Source: Faecousia sp. (GTDB lineage: Bacteria; Bacillota; Clostridia; Oscillospirales; Oscillospiraceae). Taken from it: a stretch of 64,000 bases of DNA. Of the stretch, positions 50,635 to 59,981 are shown piece by piece. The position numbers and the translations under genes are program-made. Within the stretch, counting starts at the first letter, position 1; the number at the start of each line of letters is the position of its first letter. The notes under the pieces were generated by a model. The model was not told the origin of the DNA and did no database searches. It saw only the letters and a list, made by a program, of their open reading frames with translations. Location of the stretch: NCBI GenBank assembly GCA_045595885.1, contig JAZOBI010000052.1, forward strand, positions 67,961 through 131,960, in the 5' to 3' direction.

Positions 50635-51825
50635 ATGGCAAGTTTAACCCTGAAGAATGTCAAAAAGATCTATCCCCACAGCGAAGTAGACACCAAGAAG
50701 AAGAAAAAGAAGAAGAATGACGAGCCCGAAAAGGAAAAGGTCAATCTTCAAATCACCGATCAGGGTGTTGTTGCTGTCCAGGAATTCAACCTGGAAATCA
50801 AGGACAAGGAATTTATCGTTCTGGTCGGCCCCTCCGGCTGCGGTAAGTCCACCACTCTGCGTATGATCGCCGGTCTGGAAGAAATCTCCGAAGGCGAACT
50901 CTACATTGGCGATCGTCTGGTCAACGATGTGGCTCCCAAGGATCGCGATATCGCCATGGTCTTCCAGAGCTACGCATTGTATCCCCACATGACCGTGTAT
51001 GATAACATGGCCTTCGCTCTGAAGCTGCGCCACACTCCCAAGGAAGAAATCGATAAGGCCGTTAAGCAGGCTGCCGAAATTCTGGATATTACCCAGTATC
51101 TGAAGCGCAAGCCCAAGGCTTTGTCCGGTGGTCAGCGCCAGCGTGTCGCCATTGGCCGCGCCATCGTGCGTAATCCTCAGGTCATGCTGATGGACGAACC
51201 TCTGTCCAACCTGGACGCCAAGCTGCGTAACCAGATGCGTGCTGAGATTATCAAGCTGCGTCAGAGAATTGACACCACCTTCATTTATGTTACCCACGAC
51301 CAGACCGAGGCCATGACTCTGGGCGACCGTATCGTCATCATGAGAGACGGTTTCATCCAGCAGATCGGCACTCCTCAGGAAGTGTTTAACCATCCTTATA
51401 ATCTGTTCGTTGCCGAATTCATCGGCTCCCCCAAGATGAATATCTTTGATGCCAAGCTGCTGAAGCAGGACGGCAAGTATGCTGTCAAGCTCGGCAACCT
51501 GGTTGTTGAGCTGAGTGAGGACAAGCAGGAAAACCTGAAGCGCAACAATGTTGCTGAGCAGGACATCAAGCTGGGCGTACGTCCCGAGCATATCGTTCTA
51601 GAGCAAGGTATTGGCGGCATCGTGGATGTGTCCGAGCTGATGGGTTCCTCCGTCCACCTGCACGTAAATTCTCTGGGTATGGACGTGGTCATGGTCGTTT
51701 CCACCATGAACATGACCGGCGCCGAAGTTTCTGCTCTGAGCCACGGTTCCGGCATCAACTACTCCTTCCCCGGCCATGTCTGCCATGTCTTTAACAAGGA
51801 CACCGGCATCAACCTGGAAGCCTGA
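50635..51825 (+). CDS. msmX: Multiple-sugar ABC transporter ATPase (MsmX/MalK/UgpC), standalone
   Basis: GPSGCGKS, LSGGQRQR, MDEPLSNLD, YVTHDQ, TOBE domain; no permease or binding-protein genes nearby. Confidence 0.92.
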   Translation: MASLTLKNVKKIYPHSEVDTKKKKKKKNDEPEKEKVNLQITDQGVVAVQEFNLEIKDKEFIVLVGPSGCGKSTTLRMIAGLEEISEGELYIGDRLVNDVAPKDRDIAMVFQSYALYPHMTVYDNMAFALKLRHTPKEEIDKAVKQAAEILDITQYLKRKPKALSGGQRQRVAIGRAIVRNPQVMLMDEPLSNLDAKLRNQMRAEIIKLRQRIDTTFIYVTHDQTEAMTLGDRIVIMRDGFIQQIGTPQEVFNHPYNLFVAEFIGSPKMNIFDAKLLKQDGKYAVKLGNLVVELSEDKQENLKRNNVAEQDIKLGVRPEHIVLEQGIGGIVDVSELMGSSVHLHVNSLGMDVVMVVSTMNMTGAEVSALSHGSGINYSFPGHVCHVFNKDTGINLEA

Positions 51826-51839
51826 TTTTCTATATATCA

Positions 51840-51867
51840 AGAGCCCGGTGCGTAAGCACCGGGCTTT
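51840..51867. terminator. Bidirectional terminator
   Basis: AGAGCCCGGTGC-GTAA-GCACCGGGCTTT. Confidence 0.75.
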
Positions 51868-51869
51868 TC

Positions 51870-53885
51870 TCATTTACTTTCTAGGATGCGGACATCAACA
51901 CCGCCAATCCGGATTGTTTCTCCGCCAAGAATGGTCGCGCCGGATAAAAGATCGGAATAATCCCGGTCAGCCGTCATCTGCTTTTCCTCCTTGCTGTGAT
52001 TCAGCAGGAACAGATAATCCTGATTACCGTTGGTACGCAAGGTCGCCTCAACGCCGGGCACATTCAGAACAGGCTGAACACCTTGTTCTTCGCAAAGCAT
52101 GGTAACCAACTTATCGTAGAATTCGCTGTCAGGACGGGTGGCCATGTAATAGGCACGGCCCTTTCCAAACAGATTTCGGGTCAGAACCGGCATACCGGCA
52201 TAGAAATCCTCGTCGTAGGTTGTCAATACATCCGCGCCTTCACTGTGCAGCAGGTCGCAAAGCAAGGTGGCGCTGTGTTGGCGGCCTTCCCAGGTAAAGT
52301 GATTATTTTCACCGGGAGGCAGGCAATCGATCTCTTCCACCCAAATACCAAGAATATCCCGCAGCTTTCCGGGATAACCGCCAAGGGTGACCAGATCACT
52401 TTCATTGACATAACCGGAGAAAAAAGTAGTCAGGAATGTACCGCCATCTTTTACAAACTGACGGATTTTTTCATCAAGACCAGGCTTGACCATATACAAC
52501 ACAGGAGCAATAATCACCTTGTACTTGCTGAAATCCGTATCAACGGAAATGATATCCGTAGCGATATTGTGATCATGAAGCGCCTGATAATAATTGGACA
52601 CCTCATCCACATACCGAAGATCCGAGGATGGACCGGAAGACAATTCAGCTGCCCACCAGTTATTCCAATCGAACAAAATACCAACCTGAGAAGTAGTGCG
52701 CGTACCCAGGATCTTATCTCCCAATACCTTCAGTTCCGCGCCCAGGGCCGAACATTCCCGGAAAACCCGGGTGTTTTCATGGCCAACATGGTCAATCACG
52801 GCACCGTGATACTTCTCGCAGGCGCCAATACTGCGGCGCATCTGGAAGAACATAATGGAATCCGAACCATGGGCAACAGCCTGATAACTCCAAAGCCGCA
52901 TAACACCTGGCCGCTTCAAGGCATTGAAGGGCTGCCAGTTGGTAACACTGGGTGTCTGCTCCATCAGCACAAAAGGTTTGCCATCCTGCAGGCCATGAAT
53001 CAGCTCATGGTTCAGCGCCATACGGGCAGGCGTATAATTCCAGGCAGGATAACTGTCCCAGGATACGAAGTCCATATACTTTGCCCATTTGTGATAGTCA
53101 AGGGTCTTAAAGAACTCCATCAAATTGGTGGTGACAGGAATGTCGGGCGTATGCTTTTTGATGGCATCATATTCCAGCCGGAAACAATCGAGAATACCGT
53201 CAGAATTGAAGCGGCGGTAATCCAGGGAGATGCCCTGAAAATTGGTACGGTCATCAGCCCATTCCTCCGTCAACAAACTGGCGGGCTCAATTTCATCCCA
53301 ATCGTAGAAGGTATGGGACCAAAAGGATGTATTCCAGGCACGGTTGACTTCATCCAGAGTACCGTAGCGCTTCTGCAGCCATGTACGGAATGCCGAGGCG
53401 CAGTTGTCACAGTAACATTCGCCGCCATACTCATTGGAAATATGCCAGGCAATTATGTTATCGTAATGGGCATACCGCTGTGCCAATTTATCTGCCAAAG
53501 CAGTAGAAAATTTGCGATACACAGGACTATTGGGGCAGGAATTATGTCTTGCGCCAAATTTCCGCTTGGCGCCGTTACGATCCACGCGGGTCACTTCCGG
53601 ATATTTTTTTGCCATCCAGGCAGGATGCGCGCCGGTGGATGTCGCCAAAACCACTTTCATTTCATTGGCTTTGCACATTTCCATAATACGATCCAGCTGG
53701 GAGAAATCGTAAACATCTTCCGAGGGCTGTAATTTCGCCCAGGCAAACACGTTAACTGTCAGCGTATCAATTCCTGCCAGCTTAAAAAGCCGCATATCCT
53801 CCTCCCAGACAGACTCATCCCACTGTTCGGGATTATAATCGCCACCATAGGCAATTTTATGATGCTTCCAAATCTTTTCGTACAT
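51870..53885 (-). CDS. Beta-galactosidase, GH42
   Basis: YGGDYNPEQW, WHISNEY (acid/base), LMEQTP (nucleophile), EKYHGA. Confidence 0.95.
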   Translation of the reverse strand: MYEKIWKHHKIAYGGDYNPEQWDESVWEEDMRLFKLAGIDTLTVNVFAWAKLQPSEDVYDFSQLDRIMEMCKANEMKVVLATSTGAHPAWMAKKYPEVTRVDRNGAKRKFGARHNSCPNSPVYRKFSTALADKLAQRYAHYDNIIAWHISNEYGGECYCDNCASAFRTWLQKRYGTLDEVNRAWNTSFWSHTFYDWDEIEPASLLTEEWADDRTNFQGISLDYRRFNSDGILDCFRLEYDAIKKHTPDIPVTTNLMEFFKTLDYHKWAKYMDFVSWDSYPAWNYTPARMALNHELIHGLQDGKPFVLMEQTPSVTNWQPFNALKRPGVMRLWSYQAVAHGSDSIMFFQMRRSIGACEKYHGAVIDHVGHENTRVFRECSALGAELKVLGDKILGTRTTSQVGILFDWNNWWAAELSSGPSSDLRYVDEVSNYYQALHDHNIATDIISVDTDFSKYKVIIAPVLYMVKPGLDEKIRQFVKDGGTFLTTFFSGYVNESDLVTLGGYPGKLRDILGIWVEEIDCLPPGENNHFTWEGRQHSATLLCDLLHSEGADVLTTYDEDFYAGMPVLTRNLFGKGRAYYMATRPDSEFYDKLVTMLCEEQGVQPVLNVPGVEATLRTNGNQDYLFLLNHSKEEKQMTADRDYSDLLSGATILGGETIRIGGVDVRILESK

Positions 53886-54072
53886 AAATTAACCTCATAT
53901 CAAGTAAAGAGAATGTGATTTCCTGCTGTTGGGCGAAGATGAAATCCGGTCACAAACCGACACCCGGAACAGAGTCTTTCGGTAGATATACGGAATTGAT
54001 CCTATCAGATTTCTCCTTCACAAGATCAGTATAGCATAGTTTATCCCTAAATGGAACTGGAAATTACAAAAA

Positions 54073-54098
54073 AGAGCCGCGGTTTTCACCGCGGCTCT
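54073..54098 (-). terminator. Intrinsic terminator of the protease operon
   Basis: AGAGCCGCGGT-TTTC-ACCGCGGCTCT with a U-tail on the minus strand. Confidence 0.75.
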
Positions 54099-54107
54099 GC
54101 TGATAAA

Positions 54108-57100
54108 TTAGGGAATATAACGGGTTACTTCGGGTGCAACCTCTTCTTCCGGATCCACGCCACCGGTCACCTCCACGGAGTGGATGGAAGCAATTACGTT
54201 GTACTCACCGGTGTCGCCGATGTAGTAGAACTTGCTTTCCGTCATCACTTCATAGGATTCCCAGGTTTCGTAGTCCGTGACCCATTCACCGGTACCCACA
54301 CCGGCCACATACAGGTACAGCTCATTGGTGATGCCATTGTTCCAGTAATCATACAGGCTCATGGCAAACATGGGAGCGCCCTCTGCATTGTAACCGGCGA
54401 ACTCAATATCGGAGAAGTGATAAGTAATGCGAGGCATAGTGCCGTCACGGAACATATCGGTCAGGGGAGTTTCTTCAATTCTGCGGATATTGAAGACATT
54501 GTAGGTGGCGCTACCCGCATCATCAAGAATCTCTACCTCGAACATACCGTTGCGCAGTGTGCCGGAATGCTGGATCAGGCTGCCCTTATCATCGGTGTAA
54601 GTGGTGTTACCGTGGCCATCCACTTCCTTGGTCATGCCGCAAATCTCATCAATGTACCACAGACGGCCCACATTATCCAGAATCACAAGAGTCTGTGTAG
54701 ACACATAATCCACGGTGCCATCATTGACCCAATTACCCAGGAAATCCCGGGAAGTATCGGCATAAGTGTAATCCTCAGCAAGGGTCGTAATGCCACAGAA
54801 CACAATTTCAGAGCTGGCGCCCTGGCCGGTTTCGTTGGTAACGAAGCCGTCGTTGGCATCCCGCAGGCACTGCAGCAGATTCAGGCGATGATAATTGAAG
54901 GAAGATGTTGTCTCATCATAGGAGGCCAGCATATCTTCTGTTTCTTCATGGGTAAATTCCAGATCCACGAACAGATACATATTCATGATGGCAGCAAAGG
55001 TATCGTTCTCCTCAGAATAAGTAATGCCAAAGAGCATATCACCGTCAATGGGCTCCAGAACATCCACAACCACGCCGGTTTCCGGATCGATCTGATAGAC
55101 CATACCGGAATTGCCGTATTCACAGGCCCAGATGTAGCCACGACCCATAACAGAAGTTGCCAGCGACAGGCCAAAGTTCAGATCATCCGGAGCGGTAATG
55201 AGATTGCCGGTTTCATACTGCGCAACACCATCCACCATCTCATAGCGATAGGTGCAAACGCCACCAACATTGCCCACGCCGGAACCCATGTTGGAAATGA
55301 TACCTTCGATCACCAGATCCAAAGCGGTAACATCCACCTTGACGGTGTCAAACTTGGTTTCATCGGCGGCATTTGTCACCGTGATGGTGGCAGAGCCGGT
55401 GGAAACGGCGCAGATCACACCAAACTGATTCACTTCCACAACGGAAGGATCGCTGGAAGTCCAGACAACATCTCTGTAGTTGGTGTACCAGGGATCCAGA
55501 TCATAGATAAGGCCTCTCAGATCGCCAACATTCATAGTAATCACATCATCACGCAAGATGGGTCTTGCGATTACCTCAGGATCCATAACAGGAATATTCC
55601 CATAGATCTCATTGGAGGCGATGGTTTCATCGGTCAAAGGCGCGAACAGCGCGCAAGTCTCACCGGACAGGTTACCCACCTTTTCAGTGTAAACCAACTG
55701 ACCGGTCACATTACCCTCTTCATCGGTGACATCGACCATAGTATCGGGATCCACCACATACAGTTCACTGACTGTGGACAGGAAATCTCCGTCGAAGCGA
55801 GCCCAGTAGATCTTGCCATCGTTATGGTTATAGGTCATGGACTGCAGGAAGTCCAGAGTAATGCCGGTATCGCCGATTTCATGCAGAGAGGAGCTGAGTT
55901 TTTCAGTATTGGTCCACTGATCATAGGTAACATCGGCCGTCCAAAGGTGGGCGGTTTCACCAATAGACTGGAGAGCTTCATCATAGTTCATACCGAGAAT
56001 GAACAAGCTACCCTGATCATCAATGGCCATGGTCAGACCATACAGACCGCCGCGACCCAGATACCAGTCTTCCTGGTAAGGCATCACAGTAGACCACAGA
56101 TTTTCATCGTAATATTCACCGTGAATATTGATGGTATACAGCTCTGTGGTGGGATAGCCCTGATATTCATCCACCAGCAAACCATAAAGCTTGCCTTCCA
56201 CATAGCTGTAGGCAAGATCCTGATAGGCATGGTCCAATCTTGCGATATAGGTAGACTCGATATTGAAGGAGTCAACCAGCATATCCTCATACTTGAAGCC
56301 GTAAAGATCACGGGTTTCAGTCTGGGCGAAGATATATCCGCCAACATATTCGGCGCAGACAAAATTCATTTCGTCATAGCCAATGACCACTTCGTCATAT
56401 TCAACGCCTTCACCGAAGGAAGCCCAGCCGCTCATATCATCGTCGATGTAGTACTGGTAGGCTACCAGGTCATCGTAAGGCGTACCTTCGCCGCCCAGGT
56501 TCAGACCATACTGGCTGGTGTTCATGGCGTAGTCATCCAGAATGATCATCAGCTTGCCGGTGGCGCCGGTAATATCGAAGCTCATGGTGTGGGTCTGATA
56601 ACCGTTTTCATCGGGCTGAACATCCTCAACACCCTCCATGGCATAGATGACGCTGCCGTTACTGCTGGTTACGCCCACAACGGAAATGGCCAAATTATCC
56701 CGGAAGGTCAATTCCAGGGTAGTTTCGCCGGTGATCTGGTTTTCGTGTTTCTGCACATCCAAAAGCTCGGGAGCCTCCAGGTCCACCTTGATGGGCACAG
56801 ACCAGGTCTCGGCGGTGGCGCCTTCAAAAGCGCCGGTAGCGATGACTTCCAGCAGCAGCGTGGTATTATTGGGCAAGTCGTTGCCTTGGTTGTCCTTCCA
56901 ATCCCAAATCTCCAGCTCACCTTCAAACCAGGAGTAGACATTGGGAATGATCTGACCGTAATTGAAGTTGTAGCAGCTCTTGGAGATCTGCTCAGCGGTA
57001 ACCTCATAGTATACCTCACCGGTGTCGGCATTGGTATAACGGTATGTCAGGCTGCCGCAGTTACGGAGCAAGGAAGTGTAGATATCATCGACGGTGTCAA

Positions 57101-59981
57101 AGTAACCGTCGCCGTTGGGAGAAACAGAGATATGGCTCATGTCGAAGGGCTCTTCCACATAGACATTGGCGCCGGGATAATAATAGGATGCTTCTCCGTA
57201 GAAATTGGTCCACAAAACGTTGACATACTGGTTACCAACCACTTCGCCTTCCTCGGCGGCCAGCATATCCCAGTAGTTTCCGTCGTCGATCATGTCAGGA
57301 TCATCCCAATCGCCGTAGAAGCCCATGAAAGGCAGGCTCAGATCCACTTCCGTATTGAGCGCGCGCAGGAAGGAATAGCCTTCCACATAGCCACCGTTGG
57401 GATAATAGGTTTCCAGGAAAGCTCTGTCCTCTTCGGAAAGGGCAATGCTGACTGTGACATCCACAGATTCACCGGAAGCAACACCCACGGCAACGGCATC
57501 CAAATCCACTTCGGAATTATTGCCCACCAACGCATCCAGATAAGCCTGCACGTCGGCGCCTTCCACGGACTTGTCACCATTGAGATCATAGCGGAAGTCA
57601 TAAGTATCTTCCACACCGTTCAGACCGGCCAGATAGACCAGGTAGGCATCGTGGGAATTGGTCACACCGTTATCATCAACGTCGTATACCTGCATAAGGT
57701 CTTCCGCATTTTCATAGGAAGCAGCGCTCAGGCCATAGGGTGTACCAGCCATGAAGTACTTGCCTTCATAGGCTTCATAAGACACCACATCCTCGGTCGT
57801 TACAACCGTATCCAGGCAATAGAAAACGGTTCCGTCGCCAAAATTGGTGACCGTATAAGTGAACTCATAAACGCCCACCTTGTCCGGATCATCACCCAGG
57901 GAAACCTTGGGAGAATCACTGCCGGCAACCGTCAAGTAAGCGGTTGTGGTAATGGCGTTATAGGCATTGGCCATACCGGAACCCTGCTTACGGGGAGAAT
58001 AGAACAGGCCGGTTTCGCCGTAAGGAACAGGCTCGGAGCTGCTCATCAGCAGGTTCTGCACCAGGGTGCGGTAGTCATCGGCATCCAGGTTTTCCTTGGC
58101 ATACTGCATAACCAGCGCGGTAATGCCGGACACATTGGGGGCGGCCATGGAAGTGCCGCTCATAAGGCCGTACTGACCGTCGGTAATGGTGGAATAGATA
58201 TTGCCACCAGGCGCAGCCAGATCAGGTTCCAGCCGCAGATCGGGGGTGACGCCCCAGGAGGAGAAGTCGCTCATGGTATAGCCTTCGGCATTTGCCATGG
58301 GAATCAGATCCGTGGGGAACGTCAGAGTTACGGAAGGATCGGCTTCCAGGGCAGAAAGCAAATGCTCGCCATCGACCATGGTAATGGAAATGCCGGGAAT
58401 GGTGGAGGTGCAATCGGTCAAATCCATACCGAATTCACCTTCGGTATTGTTATAGACGATAATGGCCGCCGCACCGGCAGCGCAGGCATTTTCGCACTTC
58501 TCGATGAAGCTGATAGAACCACGCTGTACCAGGGCAATCTTACCGGTCACATCCACCTCAGCAAACTCTTCAGGGGTGCCCAGCCCGACAGGGACATAAG
58601 AATAGGAGCCTGTCAGCGTCATAATATTGGGAATGCCGTAAGAATCGTTGGTATCCACATAGCCCATCCGGTAACCATCGCTGACCAGCACATAATTGCG
58701 CATGATGTTAATATTTTCCACGCTGGCGATACTCATGACATTCTGATAAATGGAGGGCTCAGAAATGACAGAGTTATCAGGATGGATGGTCAGGTTCATA
58801 TCGGTGCCCCAGGAGTTGCCATAGCCGGCGGAATAGCTGTTACCGGCAGAAACAGACAAAATGGTGTTGGTTTCCGCAACTCGGGCATAAATGGAGTTAA
58901 TAAACTCGTCGGTGCTGGAGGGGAAGCCGGCATTAGTGCCAAGGCTCATATTCACAACATCCACGCCGAAGATCAAAGCATCTTCCAGAGCCGCAATGAT
59001 ATCGGAGCCGTAGCCGCCGTGGGCAGCGCCGTATACCTTCATGATGAACAGCTGCGCATCGGGTGCCACGCCCACAACATCGGAACCGTCGATCTTATTA
59101 GCAGCGGCAATACCGGCAACGTGGGTACCGTGATCGCCGTTGGCATCGTAATCATGGGTAATGTCAAAATTGTTGTCAGCATAGTTAAAGCCGTAAACAA
59201 CCTTAGTATTATAGTAAACATCATCAATGGTCAAGCGGGGATTGCGATCCAGTCCGCTGGCCTTCAGAGAAGCCAGGAAAGACTCCACATACTCGGGTGT
59301 TGCGGAAGTTTCCGTCAGCTTATCATCAGTCAACGCGCCAAAGTTAGGATGATCCACATCCAGACCGGTATCGATAACGGCAATCTTCATACCCTGACCG
59401 GTGTAGCCCACATTCCAGGCATCCTCACGGCCAATCATACCACCGTCGGAATTGGTGTAAAGCTGGGTACCGCTGCCGGAAACAGTATCCTTGTACAACT
59501 CATACACGGGCTGCACCACAACCTGGGATACACCTTCCATGGCGGCAATCTGGCTCATGGCGCTATAGGGAACGGTGGCGGCAATACCGTTGAACAGCCA
59601 GGTATAGCTATCGGTCACTTCCAGTTGCTGGCCATTGAGCACTTTCTTTTCAATCTCGGAAACAAGCGCCTGCTGCTCCTGCTGAATGCTCTGCATCAGC
59701 TTCTGGGTTTCATGGTTCAAAACCGCAAGGGCATCCTCCTGCAAAACAGAGGGATCCTCCATTACGATAAAGACACGGATCATACCGTTTTCATCCACCA
59801 TGTTACGCTCAATGGCAAGATCCATCTCGAACTGATCGGGATTGGCAAGGTTAATGGTATTTTGTTCCTTGTAGAAGGAAAGATTTTCCGTTACAAACAG
59901 CTGCGTGCCGGTAGCAACGCCTGTCATGGTAACGAACAGGCACAAGCAAAGAACCAGTGCCAAAATTCGCTTCATTTTCAT
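54108..59981 (-). CDS. Secreted S8 subtilase (lactocepin/C5a-peptidase-like) with propeptide, PA, Fn3-like domain containing a dockerin insert, Big_2 and propeller-like repeats; no own wall anchor
   Basis: Signal peptide MKMKRILALVLCLC; triad IDTG / HGTHVAG / GTSMAAP; PA domain (VTGKIALVQRG); duplicated Ca loops DVDDNGVTNSHD and DLNGDKSVEGAD; WTSSDPSVVEVNQFG; ATG overlaps the upstream TGA. Confidence 0.93.
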   Translation of the reverse strand: MKMKRILALVLCLCLFVTMTGVATGTQLFVTENLSFYKEQNTINLANPDQFEMDLAIERNMVDENGMIRVFIVMEDPSVLQEDALAVLNHETQKLMQSIQQEQQALVSEIEKKVLNGQQLEVTDSYTWLFNGIAATVPYSAMSQIAAMEGVSQVVVQPVYELYKDTVSGSGTQLYTNSDGGMIGREDAWNVGYTGQGMKIAVIDTGLDVDHPNFGALTDDKLTETSATPEYVESFLASLKASGLDRNPRLTIDDVYYNTKVVYGFNYADNNFDITHDYDANGDHGTHVAGIAAANKIDGSDVVGVAPDAQLFIMKVYGAAHGGYGSDIIAALEDALIFGVDVVNMSLGTNAGFPSSTDEFINSIYARVAETNTILSVSAGNSYSAGYGNSWGTDMNLTIHPDNSVISEPSIYQNVMSIASVENINIMRNYVLVSDGYRMGYVDTNDSYGIPNIMTLTGSYSYVPVGLGTPEEFAEVDVTGKIALVQRGSISFIEKCENACAAGAAAIIVYNNTEGEFGMDLTDCTSTIPGISITMVDGEHLLSALEADPSVTLTFPTDLIPMANAEGYTMSDFSSWGVTPDLRLEPDLAAPGGNIYSTITDGQYGLMSGTSMAAPNVSGITALVMQYAKENLDADDYRTLVQNLLMSSSEPVPYGETGLFYSPRKQGSGMANAYNAITTTAYLTVAGSDSPKVSLGDDPDKVGVYEFTYTVTNFGDGTVFYCLDTVVTTEDVVSYEAYEGKYFMAGTPYGLSAASYENAEDLMQVYDVDDNGVTNSHDAYLVYLAGLNGVEDTYDFRYDLNGDKSVEGADVQAYLDALVGNNSEVDLDAVAVGVASGESVDVTVSIALSEEDRAFLETYYPNGGYVEGYSFLRALNTEVDLSLPFMGFYGDWDDPDMIDDGNYWDMLAAEEGEVVGNQYVNVLWTNFYGEASYYYPGANVYVEEPFDMSHISVSPNGDGYFDTVDDIYTSLLRNCGSLTYRYTNADTGEVYYEVTAEQISKSCYNFNYGQIIPNVYSWFEGELEIWDWKDNQGNDLPNNTTLLLEVIATGAFEGATAETWSVPIKVDLEAPELLDVQKHENQITGETTLELTFRDNLAISVVGVTSSNGSVIYAMEGVEDVQPDENGYQTHTMSFDITGATGKLMIILDDYAMNTSQYGLNLGGEGTPYDDLVAYQYYIDDDMSGWASFGEGVEYDEVVIGYDEMNFVCAEYVGGYIFAQTETRDLYGFKYEDMLVDSFNIESTYIARLDHAYQDLAYSYVEGKLYGLLVDEYQGYPTTELYTINIHGEYYDENLWSTVMPYQEDWYLGRGGLYGLTMAIDDQGSLFILGMNYDEALQSIGETAHLWTADVTYDQWTNTEKLSSSLHEIGDTGITLDFLQSMTYNHNDGKIYWARFDGDFLSTVSELYVVDPDTMVDVTDEEGNVTGQLVYTEKVGNLSGETCALFAPLTDETIASNEIYGNIPVMDPEVIARPILRDDVITMNVGDLRGLIYDLDPWYTNYRDVVWTSSDPSVVEVNQFGVICAVSTGSATITVTNAADETKFDTVKVDVTALDLVIEGIISNMGSGVGNVGGVCTYRYEMVDGVAQYETGNLITAPDDLNFGLSLATSVMGRGYIWACEYGNSGMVYQIDPETGVVVDVLEPIDGDMLFGITYSEENDTFAAIMNMYLFVDLEFTHEETEDMLASYDETTSSFNYHRLNLLQCLRDANDGFVTNETGQGASSEIVFCGITTLAEDYTYADTSRDFLGNWVNDGTVDYVSTQTLVILDNVGRLWYIDEICGMTKEVDGHGNTTYTDDKGSLIQHSGTLRNGMFEVEILDDAGSATYNVFNIRRIEETPLTDMFRDGTMPRITYHFSDIEFAGYNAEGAPMFAMSLYDYWNNGITNELYLYVAGVGTGEWVTDYETWESYEVMTESKFYYIGDTGEYNVIASIHSVEVTGGVDPEEEVAPEVTRYIP
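57520..57690 (-). other. Dockerin-like domain inserted in the subtilase
   Basis: Two 12-residue DxD/NxD/N...D loops 32 aa apart, each followed by an amphipathic helix. Confidence 0.8.

Noticed and set aside
51996-53732. 578-aa antisense ORF over the GH42 gene
   Set aside because: Same antisense-shadow effect; no domain features
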